Shown here piece by piece: positions 1 through 9,516 of a DNA stretch of 64,000 bases. Made by a program: the position numbers and the translations under genes. The notes under the pieces are model-generated. The model had not been told where the DNA came from. It did no database searches and saw nothing but the letters and a program-made list of their open reading frames with translations. Origin of the DNA: Candidatus Woesebacteria bacterium (GTDB lineage: Bacteria > Patescibacteriota > Microgenomatia > UBA1400 > UBA1396); the NCBI GenBank assembly GCA_963749595.1, contig CAVVNJ010000001.1:1376-65375 (forward strand), in the 5' to 3' direction. Within the stretch, counting starts at the first letter, position 1. Every line of letters begins with the position of its first letter.

Positions 1-27
1 AAATTCAAAAAACCGTCCCACGGTCGA

Positions 28-1233
28 CTATCCGCGACTGATCAGGTCCATGATTTGTCCCACGTTATCCACCTTTTCGATGCCATGGACCATTTCGACT
101 ATTCTCTCGATTGTCGCCGTCGACAGCGGTTTTATGGCATCGGCGGCGCATTCCCTGAATTTTCGCGCACAATCATCAAAAGACATGGGATTTTCCGCAC
201 TGCCCCGGAAATATTCGACCGCCTCGAAATATTCCGTCCCGTCATTCATGGTGATCCGGATTTTGCCCGGCGAAACACCATGAACGGTCATGCTGTCATC
301 GAGCACACCGTTAACTTTCTTCGCCACCTTCAGGATGTCCTTGTTTGTTATGCTCTGGTCGGTAAAGTCTTCGACGGTTACTTTGCCCTTAACGAGCGCG
401 GTGGAAACCGTCCAGGGTACACTGAATTGGGCGTCGACGATGTTACGCGGCGCTTGCTTGATTTCGGGGGGTTGCGTCAGGCTGTAGCCGGACTGCCCGC
501 CGATCGCCGTGATCTCCTTTACGTCGTCGGGGTTGATCTGGTTCTTCGCTCGCAGGCTAAGAACGGCATCGATGAATGGATGAGTAAAACCGCAGCAAGG
601 ATATGGTTTGAATCCGATGTTGATACCTTCATACACCTTCCCCAGGTCTTTCGTCAGTATTTTCGGATCGTAATCTCCCCTCATATAGGTGTTGTAAACC
701 CCACCCCTCCCCTCAACCCCCTCCAGCGGGTTCCGGTCCCCGGTAATTCCTTTTTCCGCCATCAGGGCGGCGGTCACTCCCGCACGGGCGGCAAATCCGG
801 GTCCCATCCTCTTCGCGATGCCCCCGCCCGTCCCCGCCCCGCCGCATTGATGGAACGCCAGGCCCAGCGCGTTAATCCATTTATCTTCGTCGAGCTTCAT
901 TACTTTAGCCGCCATGGCTCCGGAAGCCAGGCAGCCAAAAAGCGTTGTCGGATGAAATCCCGCCCCGAGCGCCGTGCCGCCCGGCCGGCTGGCCGCACCC
1001 AACCTGGAATCGAAGTCCCCGCCCAGGGCGACCGCGGCGACAAAATCCTTGCCGTTTACGTTTCCCATCCGTTCGGCGGCCGCAAAGCAGGTGGATATGG
1101 CGACGCAGCCGACGTGTACCAGCGATTTGGGGTGACCGTCATCGTAGTCCAGGGCATGCATCATCGAACCGTTGGCCTGGGCGGCATGAGGGTTTTTGCC
1201 GCTTCTCCGCATCAGAAGCCAGAACGGAACCAA
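28..1233 (-). CDS. MmgE/PrpD family protein (2-methylcitrate dehydratase-like), 5'-truncated
   Basis: 401-aa ORF with family motifs MHALDYDDGH, GFHPTT and KPYPCCGFTHP. It lacks the roughly 70-80 N-terminal residues usual for the family. Homology begins at about nt 1200, directly at a junction with a pilM fragment. Sampled lines give a higher local GC (about 58%) than the rest of the window. Confidence 0.8.
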   Translation of the reverse strand: MVPFWLLMRRSGKNPHAAQANGSMMHALDYDDGHPKSLVHVGCVAISTCFAAAERMGNVNGKDFVAAVALGGDFDSRLGAASRPGGTALGAGFHPTTLFGCLASGAMAAKVMKLDEDKWINALGLAFHQCGGAGTGGGIAKRMGPGFAARAGVTAALMAEKGITGDRNPLEGVEGRGGVYNTYMRGDYDPKILTKDLGKVYEGINIGFKPYPCCGFTHPFIDAVLSLRAKNQINPDDVKEITAIGGQSGYSLTQPPEIKQAPRNIVDAQFSVPWTVSTALVKGKVTVEDFTDQSITNKDILKVAKKVNGVLDDSMTVHGVSPGKIRITMNDGTEYFEAVEYFRGSAENPMSFDDCARKFRECAADAIKPLSTATIERIVEMVHGIEKVDNVGQIMDLISRG

Positions 1234-1342
1234 TCGGGTTAGAAACTTCTACCGCGCGCTCAATCGCCAGTCCCTGACCCGATTTCTTGCCGACTAAAAT
1301 TTTTATGGCATAAGAACCGATATCCAAACCGACATTAGACAT
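1139..1342 (-). pseudogene. pilM: PilM/FtsA-type actin-like ATPase, N-terminal fragment of about 47 codons
   Basis: The ORF starts MSNVGLDIGSYAIKILVGKKSGQGLAIERAVEVSNPIGSVLASDAEK, a typical PilM N-terminus. The PilM-like reading stops at about nt 1200, where PrpD-like sequence begins in another frame. Confidence 0.5.
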
Positions 1343-1384
1343 TACTTAATCGTAGAACAAAGCACGGTCTAGGGCAACCGATGA

Positions 1385-1753
1385 CTAGGAACGAAAACGG
1401 CTCGGATCAACTGATGATTTAGTTGATTTGCCAACTAAAACCTCAAATCTAGTTTCTTCGCCGAGCTTCTTCTGATCGATTTGCACCACGTACTGACCGA
1501 TTGTCAGATGGCCATCCGGTTTAATCATATAGCTAGTCCATTCAAAATCAGCGAGATCAGAGTAAGAATCGAAAGCAAATTGCTCAAACAAGGACTGGCA
1601 GATTATCTGGGCGCTTAACTTGCGGCCGGATCTTTCAATCCTGACCAGAGCCTCTTTAATCGCCGCGGTAAAATCAGCTAATTCAGTATGACGCTCCGGC
1701 TCCGGAAAGGCCGGAAATTGCACGGTGGTATCCTCAGTATGACGTCTGGTCAT
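1385..1753 (-). CDS. hypothetical soluble protein inside the pilus locus
   Basis: Intact 122-aa ORF with no TM segment or signal peptide. Its layout resembles the neighbouring 1797..2234 product (charged N-terminus, a helix, then a beta-rich end: ...RFEVLVGKS vs ...SFEIEVGSI). No family recognised. Confidence 0.6.
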   Translation of the reverse strand: MTRRHTEDTTVQFPAFPEPERHTELADFTAAIKEALVRIERSGRKLSAQIICQSLFEQFAFDSYSDLADFEWTSYMIKPDGHLTIGQYVVQIDQKKLGEETRFEVLVGKSTKSSVDPSRFRS

Positions 1754-1796
1754 ATTACCTCCCCCGCAGAGCGCGAGTTTTGGCGTATTATATCAC

Positions 1797-2234
1797 TCAC
1801 CGATAGCGCAACTCGCTGTCCGGCACTTGGTAGGAAGGATCGATTGACCCTACCTCAATCTCAAAGCTTAGCTTGCCCAAAGAAACGACCCGACACTCAA
1901 AACTGATTGCGTTAGAACCAATAAAAATCGCTCCTTGAAAGTTGAGTTTTTTGCTCGTTGAGTGGATTCGCAGGTAATGTTCATCAGCGAATCGAGTACC
2001 GGCAAAGTATTTAGCGAGTCCCTTAACGATTGTTCCTGGCGTTAAATCCAGCCCCGATTCTCCGAGCATGGCGACGGCGACTTTCAATTCTTCTCGCATC
2101 GCCGCAATTTCACCAACCAAAAACTCACCTTTTTGCTGCCGATCCTGCCGCCTTGATTCCTTGGTCTGTTGCTCCTGAGAGATGAAGCCAACTAAATCTT
2201 CCTTAGTCATATTCCTCCGTTCGATTTTTACCAC
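1797..2234 (-). CDS. hypothetical soluble protein, distant paralog of 1385..1753
   Basis: Intact 145-aa ORF (alternative start MTKEDL at 2210) with a Q/R/E-rich N-terminal helix. No family recognised. Confidence 0.6.
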   Translation of the reverse strand: MVKIERRNMTKEDLVGFISQEQQTKESRRQDRQQKGEFLVGEIAAMREELKVAVAMLGESGLDLTPGTIVKGLAKYFAGTRFADEHYLRIHSTSKKLNFQGAIFIGSNAISFECRVVSLGKLSFEIEVGSIDPSYQVPDSELRYR

Positions 2235-2239
2235 ATCTA

Positions 2240-2997
2240 TTACTTTAGTATCGTCGTTCCGGACACCAGCGCGTAATCCATGATCGCCGGCGCGTATTCC
2301 GAAGTTCGCTGGACTTCAATCGACTTGGTTTCCCGGCCGAGCGTGTTCTTAGCCACCGTATTGATCGTAAATTGCTGCACCGGGAGCGTCCAACCAACGC
2401 CGTTTACCAGTACCGGGGTATCGTTATAGATCGGCGTAATCCTGATCGCCACGTCCCCGTCCTGCATCGTCAAAACGACTTGCCGGGCCAACTCGGAACC
2501 TGGGGTAGTGACCAACGCGAAACCGTCGCCGCGCTCGCAGATGGCGTAAGAATAGTAGCGCGACACCGGCGTGCCCGTACTGCTATTGACCACCGCTAGA
2601 ATCAGCGAGGCCGGACTCAGGGCGCAGTCGGTCGTATCACTCCATTCGACCTGGCAACTTGCTGACCGTTAACGGCGCCGGTGACATTGACTTCCGCGAC
2701 CGAACCTTCGAGCAAATCAACCGATAACTGGGTTTGTTGGGCAATCGTATAGTCGACATTGGCATTTTCTACGCCGGTGTATTCACCGGTGGTGGTTGTT
2801 TCCAGATAAGTTGAGCCGCGGGAAAGGATATCCTCCAGCGCCGCTTCGGCCGCGGCGAAAGTTTGGACGGCTTCCTGGGTTTGGCGGGAGGACTGAACGT
2901 CTTGGGTACTGCGGGCCGCGATTGAAATTCCAATGGTTGACAGAACCACCATGATCAACAATACCGCGATACCGACTTGGCCTGACTGCGCGGACAT
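2240..2997 (-). pseudogene. PilX-like minor pilin, one frameshift near 2655
   Basis: An internal ATG at 2997 gives MSAQSGQVGIAVLLIMVVLSTIGISIAARS..., a PilX-type N-terminus. The reading frame ends at 2617. The frame of ORF 2240..2593 is open upstream (..QVEWSDTTDCALSPASLILAVVNSST..) and continues the protein. Confidence 0.55.
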
Positions 2998-3013
2998 GCC
3001 GCCAGTGTAGCAT

Positions 3014-3555
3014 TTATTGATAGGACCGCACATAGACATTCCCGGTAAAGTCTTGCGACGTAATAGGATTCGGATGACAGATCGGCCTGGTTGCCGCTTT
3101 CGATCCGAAATTGAACTCTGAATATAGGCGCCGCGCTCTTCCGGATCCTGGCGGCAGGAAAAGTTCAAACCGTGAAACTTTGACGGCCGAGCTGGACAGA
3201 TAGGCCGCCGGCGGGTCGGTGATGACGGTACCGGAGTTAGAAGCCACCCGATCGTCGATGCAGAGTAGACCTCCACCGACCCGCCGGACTGATCGATGAC
3301 GCGAATCGCACTCATTTCATCTCTGGCAGACTTGCTGAAACTGATTCTCCCCGACATAGCGAGCATTGCGTTAGGGAAAGTTGATTCCGTGAGGACGAAA
3401 TCGCCTTCCCGCCGCACTTGGGAAATTACGTTGGCCCGAGAGCTACGAATCTGCGAAGTAATCAAAACATTTACCGAGACCAAACTGACAATCGCGGTTA
3501 CTGCTACCACCGCAATCAGCTCGATTAATGAAAAACCACGCCTGGTCATTCCCAA
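3014..3555 (-). pseudogene. minor pilin with prepilin-type N-terminal methylation motif, frameshift near 3245
   Basis: N-terminus M(G)MTRRGFSLIELIAVVAV. After about 104 codons the plausible sequence moves into the frame of ORF 3014..3247 (ASNSGTVITDPPAAYLSS...RSYQ*). The remainder of the 312-aa track ORF is out-of-frame read-through into the next gene. Confidence 0.6.
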
Positions 3556-3643
3556 TCTCCCAGTAGACTCTCCAAAGTCGTCGTAATGGTTCCGGTCCGG
3601 CCGGGCCGACTGACTTGAGTGGTCGTTTTAACTTGGGTCAGAC

Positions 3644-4029
3644 CTAATAATTCGAATCTAACTTGACGGGATAGTTGGTGTCGGGAATAACTTCGTTCTC
3701 GGCGACAAGCCCCCGGCAGCTAACAAAATTAGGTCCGCTGATGAGGAAGCAATGGTTGGCAAACAATATGTTAGATCGGCACCAACGGACGCCAGGTTGC
3801 CATAAAATTGACCCCAGCCCTCCCGATCGCGAACACTTCGCAACCATTCAACCACTTCCTGCGCATACTGGGTCGATTTGGTCTGCTCCAGCGATACCCG
3901 AGCGTTACGCAAAGACTGGATCACCGTTGAAAGCAATGCGACCAAAACCAGTGAAATTACGGCAGTGGCAAAGGTCACTTCCACTAGGGTCTGGCCTGCG
4001 CAGCCAAGATCGCGAAAACGATTGGTCAT
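3644..4029 (-). pseudogene. pseudopilin (G|QTLVEV class), probable frameshift near 3750
   Basis: N-terminus ...LGCAGQTLVEVTFATAVISLVLVALL. The C-terminal part reads better in the overlapping frame (..LISGPNFVSCRGLVAENEVIPDTNYPVKLDSNY*), which supplies a second Cys for a D-region disulfide. Confidence 0.55.
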
Positions 4030-4056
4030 AGGTATCAGGTTATCATGAAGCGCCCG

Positions 4057-4557
4057 CTACAGTGAAATTATGCCGTGATCTTCAACCACCCCACTCACCG
4101 TAATCACGAACTCATAGGGCGTGGTGGTTTCATCAAGACGGGAAAGGCGCACGGTCTCCGGTGCCCCGATGATCGGACCGGATTGAACCGGAAAGATTAC
4201 GGAAAAATCAGTTAAAAAATATTCTTGTTCGCGCAGATGATAGACCATCCGCTCGTCGGCCTTGTCCGCACCGTCACAGCGGGCAACCAGATAAAAATCC
4301 TGGGTATTCTGGGCGGCATAGACCCGATAGCCATCAAGATTCGTGCAGTTGGCCGCCGGCTTGTCACCGGAACGGCTGCGATTTTGAGCCACCCGAAGTA
4401 CCGTAATAATGTCCTTGGCTGACTCGGCCCGGGCCTGGCGGGTAGCCAGACTGCCGTACGCCGCCAGGACGCCGCCCAACATGACTAGCCCCAAAGCCGT
4501 GGTGACCAGTAACTCGATGAACGTGAAACCGGAGTTAGCGCGGTTGGCTGACCACAT
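4057..4557 (-). CDS. pseudopilin, prepilin-type N-terminal domain (GspH/FimT-like size)
   Basis: Intact 166-aa ORF, MWSANRANSGFTFIELLVTTALGLVMLGG... Confidence 0.8.
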   Translation of the reverse strand: MWSANRANSGFTFIELLVTTALGLVMLGGVLAAYGSLATRQARAESAKDIITVLRVAQNRSRSGDKPAANCTNLDGYRVYAAQNTQDFYLVARCDGADKADERMVYHLREQEYFLTDFSVIFPVQSGPIIGAPETVRLSRLDETTTPYEFVITVSGVVEDHGIISL

Positions 4558-5003
4558 AGAGATTGGTTCCGGAGTAGCCGTAGCTGCTGCCGTTGATCAT
4601 GGTCGTCATCCGGATTTTCCAACCGCGTAATCAATTCATAGGTCAGCGTGGTGAGGCGGGTGTAGTTGTAGGTGTAGGTTTCGGTGGATAAACCGGTCAA
4701 ATCGCCGGAGAAATTAGCTTTGGGATCGACTGGTAGCGTCGCCACGTAAGTCGGCAGGATGCCGGGAATCCACTCCGCCGCGCAACCCGGCCAAGTGATA
4801 TCGCCGCCGCAATCGGTCGACTCGGGATATTCGCCGACCTGCTGCTTGTAGGCCTCCAACGCGACCTGCAGATTGGCCAGGTCTTTCTTCCGCCGCGCGT
4901 CACGGGTGAATTTTCCCGCATTAACGAACGACACGGTCAGGACGCTGCCAACACCGCGATGATCGCCTGACCACCAGCACCTCAATAAAGGTGAAAGCCG
5001 GAT
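4545..5003 (-). pseudogene. type IV pilin (PulG/PilE-like), at least 4 frameshifts and no start codon
   Basis: Re-translation across three frames gives KRSGF/TFIEVLVV/AIIAVLAA/VLTVSFVNAGKFTRDARRKKDLANLQVALEAYKQQ...YELITRLENP, then TTMINGSSYGYSGTNLYVVSQPR* ending at 4545. Single-nt indels sit near 4993, 4968, 4943 and 4605. Confidence 0.55.
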
Positions 5004-5006
5004 CGC

Positions 5007-5440
5007 TTAGTCGGTGACGCAATAAATGCCATCGCTGGTTACTCCGCAATTAGGACAAGGTTGGCCCTCGCCGGTTTCCACCACGGCACTTAATTCATAG
5101 GTGCATCCGGGCAGGTTATGCAATTTGTAACGGTAAAAATAGGCGGTTTGCGCCGTATTGTAGAGCGGGTCGGCAAAATTCTTGGTGTTGTACTCGGCGG
5201 TCAGATTTTCCAAAAAGTGCCGTCGCCGCTGTACTCATAGCCGCCGACTTCATTGGAAGAAACGGGGTAAGCGCCAACCTCCGAACGATAATTTTCAAGT
5301 ATTCCTCTCATCTCCTGCAGATCCGCCTTGCGCTTGGTATCGCGCGCGGTAACGATTCAGTTGCCGGAAACTGACCGCCACGACCGTCACCAGCACCGCA
5401 ATGATCGTGGTGTCACCAACAACTCGATTAGCGAAAAACC
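5007..5440 (-). pseudogene. type IV pilin, at least 3 frameshifts and no start codon
   Basis: Re-translation gives KSGFSLIELLV / TTIIAVLVTVVAVSFRQLN / IVTARDTKRKADLQEMRGILENYRSEVGAYPVSSNEVGGYEYSGDGTF / ENLTAEYNTKNF...CPNCGVTSDGIYCVTD*. Indels sit near 5412, 5354 and 5213 (a ttttt run). Confidence 0.55.
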
Positions 5441-5444
5441 GGAT

Positions 5445-5863
5445 TTACTGCAAGTTTTGGGCACAATAATAATCTCCCGCCGTCATGCTGCTGCAGTCGT
5501 TAGCGCTGGCATTACCGCGACCAGTTTGTTCCATGTGGCGCACATGCAATAGGTGGTCGGGGAACAAGTGAGAACGTAGGTGTAAGGTGCCGTCATTTTT
5601 CGGATCGACGGCAGACCGTTGGGCAGAACCACCAACCAAGAGTGCTGCCGACGCAACTGCCGAATATTCGGTGTTGATCGCGTAATACTGCTCCAGGGCT
5701 TTGCGGACATTTTCCACGTCTGCGCGCCGCCGGGAATCACGGCCGTTCTTCTGGGCGGTGGTAAAGCTCACCGTGGCCAGGGCCATCAGAATACCGATAA
5801 TCGAGATCGTTACTAATAGTTCCAGTAAAGTAAAACCCAACGCTTCCGTTGACGGTTCAGCAT
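5445..5863 (-). pseudogene. type IV pilin, leader frameshift plus a compensated internal pair
   Basis: The ATG at 5863 gives MLNRQRKR, then a 1-nt shift near 5838 leads into GFTLLELLVTISIIGILMALATVSFTTAQKNGRDSRRRADVENVRKALEQYY. Residues between about 5588 and 5535 read properly only in another frame (APYTYVLTCSPTTYCMCA). The original frame then resumes (MEQTGRGNASANDCSSMTAGDYYCAQNLQ*). Confidence 0.6.
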
Positions 5864-5867
5864 ATTT

Positions 5868-6773
5868 TCAGTATACACGATAAAAGCTATGTGAACTGGT
5901 GGAACACCCAATTCCACGATCATCGTATCCGACCGTCGCGGCGGCGACTCAACGCCGCGCTATCAGTCGCCCGCAATTGGACGGTGTAGGCGCAGGTGGT
6001 CGTCGGACAGGTATACTCTTTACTAAATTGGTCCGGACCGGTCGCTGCCCACAATTTCGTCTTTGGTGCCATCACCAAAATCGATGTTCACTTTTTCCAG
6101 CGGCGCCTCCGGTCATCATAAACAAAGTTGAACAAGACCACCGCCGAAGTTTCGGCAATACGCAAGCGATGCTGTTCGTAGTCGGCAAAGGGATCGGTCT
6201 GCAGCGAGAGTAGTAGGGGTCGTTGCAGGCAAGCTTGATAACAACGGCCCGGACAGTCGGTGACGCCGCGGCTATTGAGTTCGCCGTCACCCACTTCCAG
6301 CTCAGCGTCGCAACAGAACAAACCATGCGCGGCGCAGACACTGGCGGGCTTGGCCGCACGCAATTGGGTGCTGCCCCAGATCTGACAGGTCCTCTTTCCC
6401 TCGGCGTAAACCAATTTCTGGTGACCCCATAACTCGATCGTCAACTCTCCGGTTATATCTTGAGAAGTAAAATTATAGAAGAAGCCGGCCGAACCGGTAG
6501 TCTTTTTTACCAGCGGCGGCAACGATTTTCGTTGCCACTCGACCGGACTCGCGCGCCAGACAATGTACCTCCAGCACGTATTCTCGATTATCAAAAAGCG
6601 CAGCTGGAAACCGTCAAGGGTTGCCCCGCTAACAAATTGAGTGTACATTGCGGCGTTACTGCTCGCCCAGCGCTGCGGGAATAGTCAACAGGCGAGCATC
6701 CGACACCAGTTGGGTCCGGCCAGTAGAGCATTATTTCGCGACCGCCAAAAAAAACGGCGAAAAATAATAGCAT
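5868..6773 (-). pseudogene. pilus-operon protein with C-terminal PKD-like domain, multiply frameshifted
   Basis: ORF pieces 6591..6773 (MLLFFAVFFGG...), 6088..6648 and shorter pieces further down make up the gene. Re-translation of 5868..6090 gives VNIDFGDGTKDEIVGSDRSGP / QFSKEYTCPTTTCAYTVQLRATDSAALS / VAAATVGY..., a PKD-type signature. At least 3 frame changes are present. Confidence 0.4.
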
Positions 6774-7634
6774 GGCGTGACGGCTAGTCGGATTAGGGTA
6801 ATTACGAGAAAGTTCATATTGCCAGCAGGTGCAAGTACCATGCTAGCAAAGAATCGCCCCACAACAAAGCCAGAATCGTTCCGGCAACCAAGAAACGGTC
6901 CGAAGGGAAGGGGTTGGCCGAACTTCGCTCGGCCGTTAACAATTAGCGAACACCCCGATGACGGCCCCCAGGACAAAGGCCAAAAAGGTGGACACTAAAA
7001 CTTGGGGCCAACCAACTAACAACCCCAGCGGAAACACCAGTTTGACGTCACCAAAACCCAAGCCGCGTCGTCGGGTTGCCAACCATAGCACCAGGAACAA
7101 GCCCATGACTAACTGTGCGCCGAAGAGCGCCATTGCGAAAGTCGGTTTGCCGGTAAATACCCACGGCGGTTAACAACATTCGGTAACCAATGCCGCGCAG
7201 GCCAAAGTCAACATCGCCCAGTCGGGAATAATCATGGCCCGCAGAGTCGATTATGGTAATCAGCAACAGCAGCAGACCAACCGCCAGCCAGAAAACCGGC
7301 TGAATGACGTCCAGGGGACGTTGCGTCAACTGAAAAAAGGCGGTGCCAATCAACCACCACCAGACAAACAGGGCGCCTGTCAGCAGCTCCACCACCGGAT
7401 GCATGACGTCGATTTCCTTGTGGCAGGTCCGGCAGCGGCCGCGCAGCACCAGAAAAGATAACAGACGGCACCATTTCATACCAGGCTAACGGCCGGCGGC
7501 ACTGGTCGCAGCGCGAGCGGCCGTGCACGTAATCCTCGCCCGGCCAGCGTCCGCAGCACATAGACATTGATAAAGCTGCCAACACTCGCGCCCAATAGGA
7601 ATATTACTGGTGAAAACAATAACGATAGGTTCAT
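6731..7634 (-). pseudogene. pilD: prepilin peptidase / N-methyltransferase (A24 family), at least 5 frameshifts
   Basis: The ATG at 7634 gives MNLSLLFSPVIFLLGASVGSFINVYVLRT. Later pieces lie in different frames: ..RCDQCRRPLAWYEMVP, LLSFLVLRGRCRTCHKEIDVMHPVVELLTGALF, TLRAMIIPDWAMLTLA, GLGFGDVKLVFPLGLLVGW and PLPFGPFL. The 3' end is uncertain. Confidence 0.65.
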
Positions 7635-7644
7635 TACCCGGTCT

Positions 7645-8256
7645 TTACGGGATACAGGCTAAGCAGGTGCTCACGTCTGACCCGTCCATACATCCTACTG
7701 CCGGGCAGGCCGTTGCTGAGACATCATCGTTAACTCCACCGCTCGTGCAATCCTCCTGAGCCTTGGATTGGAATTCAAAGGAGGAGGGGTAGAAGCAGAT
7801 ATACATCGTGGTGTTAGCTCCGGTCGGGCTTGTAGATCAGGTAATCGACATCCGCGTCAGTCTTTCAGTCGGCTGACAAAAGCCTCCTTGATTTCAGCGC
7901 GATCGGCCAAAATGTCAACCCAGGACCAGGTTGGGGCAGTTCCCAAACACTCCGGTTTCATCAAAGATGAATTCGGAGATGTAGTCCGTATCACCGGTAG
8001 TATAGGCCGGGCAGGCGCCAGCGTTAGCCACGTTCCAAGGATAGGTTTCCTGCGTGGCAAAGAAACGGTCCACCGCGCTGATCAACTGCGCGGCGTCCGA
8101 ACGGGTACGGGTATCACGACCTTTGTTGATCTGTTCGATCGGGTTGATCGAAGACAAGACCGCTACGGCCAAAACGCCGATCACCGCGATCACCACCAAT
8201 AGTTCAATCATGGTGAAACCAGCGGAACGGAGGGACTTCAACATACGTGCAGGCAT
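7645..8256 (-). pseudogene. major type IV pilin candidate, 3 frameshifts
   Basis: MPARMLKSLRSAGFTMIELLVVIAVIGVLAVAVLSSINPIEQINKGRDTRTRSDAAQL... Frames change near 7920, 7858 and 7817. The last piece is ANTTMYICFYPSSFEFQSKAQEDCTSGGVNDDVSATACPAVGCMDGSDVSTCLACIP*. It is the first pilin after pilC. Confidence 0.65.
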
Positions 8257-8308
8257 ATTAATTTCCTTATGCTATTAAGCGTAGGACACGCGCCACCGAG
8301 TGTCAATA

Positions 8309-9514
8309 CTAAAACTGCGAAGTGAGGTTATAAATTGGCAAGACAATCGCCACGATCAGAAAGCCGACGCCCAGGCCCAGCACGATCATGATCAAAGGTT
8401 CCAACGCCGTGGTTAAACCCTTGACCGCGTACTCGGCCTCGCGTTCATAATAGGTGGCCAGCTTGGTCAAGACATCATCCAGCTGACCGGTTTCTTCGCC
8501 CACGGAAATCATTTGCGGCAGCAGGACCGGAAAAACGCCGGACTTTTCAATCGACCGGCTAAGCGGCTGGCCTTTTTCCACGTCGCGCCGGGCGGATTCA
8601 ATTGCCTGGCGGAAGACCAGATTATCCAAGCCGTTGATCACGATGTCCAGCGCTTCCAGCAGGGAAATGCCGGCGGAAATCAGCAGCGAGAGGGTGCGGG
8701 AGAACTCGGTCACCAAGATCTTCTGACGTAATTTGCCGTAAACCGGCAGCCGCAATAAAAATTTATCAAATTGGTATTGCCCATCTGCTTGGTCCGGTGC
8801 CAGGAACGGAAGATAAAAACTGCCAGAAAGACGAGCCCGGCCACGACATACCACTGATTGGTAAAGAAGTCTGACAAGTCGATCAGGAATTGGGTTGGTC
8901 CCGGCAGCTCGGCTCCGAAATCGGCATACATCTCGGTCATCTTCGGAATGACGAAGATCATCATCACGACCGCCACGATGGCCATCGCGATCATCACGAT
9001 CGCCGGATAGATCAGCGGCGCCCTTGGTTTTGGCCCGGAATTCCTTTCTGTTTTTCCAACGTGTCGGCCAGTCGGTTCAGAATTGTATCCAGGGCACCGG
9101 CCACCTCGCCCGCCTGAACCAGCGAGACATAGATTTTGTTAAAAATCTTGCCCTGTTTTCCCAAAGCCAGACCTAGATTTGATCCGCCTTCAACTTCCCG
9201 TTGCAGAGCGCGGATAATCTTAGCCATGGCGGGCGGGGATTGATTTTCCAGGACCGTGAAAGCCTGAATTAGGGGCAGGCCGGCATTAATCATCGTGGCC
9301 AGCTGGCGGGTAAAGTTCACTATGTCGTCCTGACTGACTTTGGCAAAATAATTTGAATTTCGGCCAGACCGGTCTCGCCGCTTTCCCGCAAAGAAATCAC
9401 GAAAATACTGCGCTCACGCAGGATGTTTAGCCGCCACGTCTTGAGTTTTCGCCTCGACTTTACCTTTGATTTTCTGGCTTTATTATCCCGACCGGCATAG
9501 ACGAAAGTCGGCAT
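8309..9514 (-). pseudogene. pilC: type IV pilus platform protein PilC (GspF family), about 6 single-nt indels
   Basis: Four track ORFs (9320..9514, 9012..9320, 8710..8997, 8309..8854) together give a full GspF/PilC sequence: MPTFVYAGRDNK.., NFTRQLATMINAGLPL, LIYPAIVMIAMAIV, FSRTLSLLISAGISLLEAL, LEPLIMIVLG. Frame changes sit near 9355, 9045, 9015 and 8790. A hidden compensated pair lies near 9480/9430. Confidence 0.8.
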
Positions 9515-9516
9515 AC

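Noticed and set aside
55-1242. 395-aa plus-strand ORF (with further ORFs at 50..283, 290..487 and 945..1277) opposite the PrpD-like gene
   Set aside because: This is an Arg/Pro/Gly-rich shadow ORF of a GC-rich gene. It has no recognisable motif, while the minus-strand product has clear MmgE/PrpD motifs.
4545-5863. Neisseria-style silent pilin cassettes (pilS) as an explanation for the start-less tandem pilins
   Set aside because: Each copy still encodes its own leader and N-terminal helix, whereas silent cassettes lack these. The defects are scattered single-nt indels of the kind seen in essential genes elsewhere in the window.
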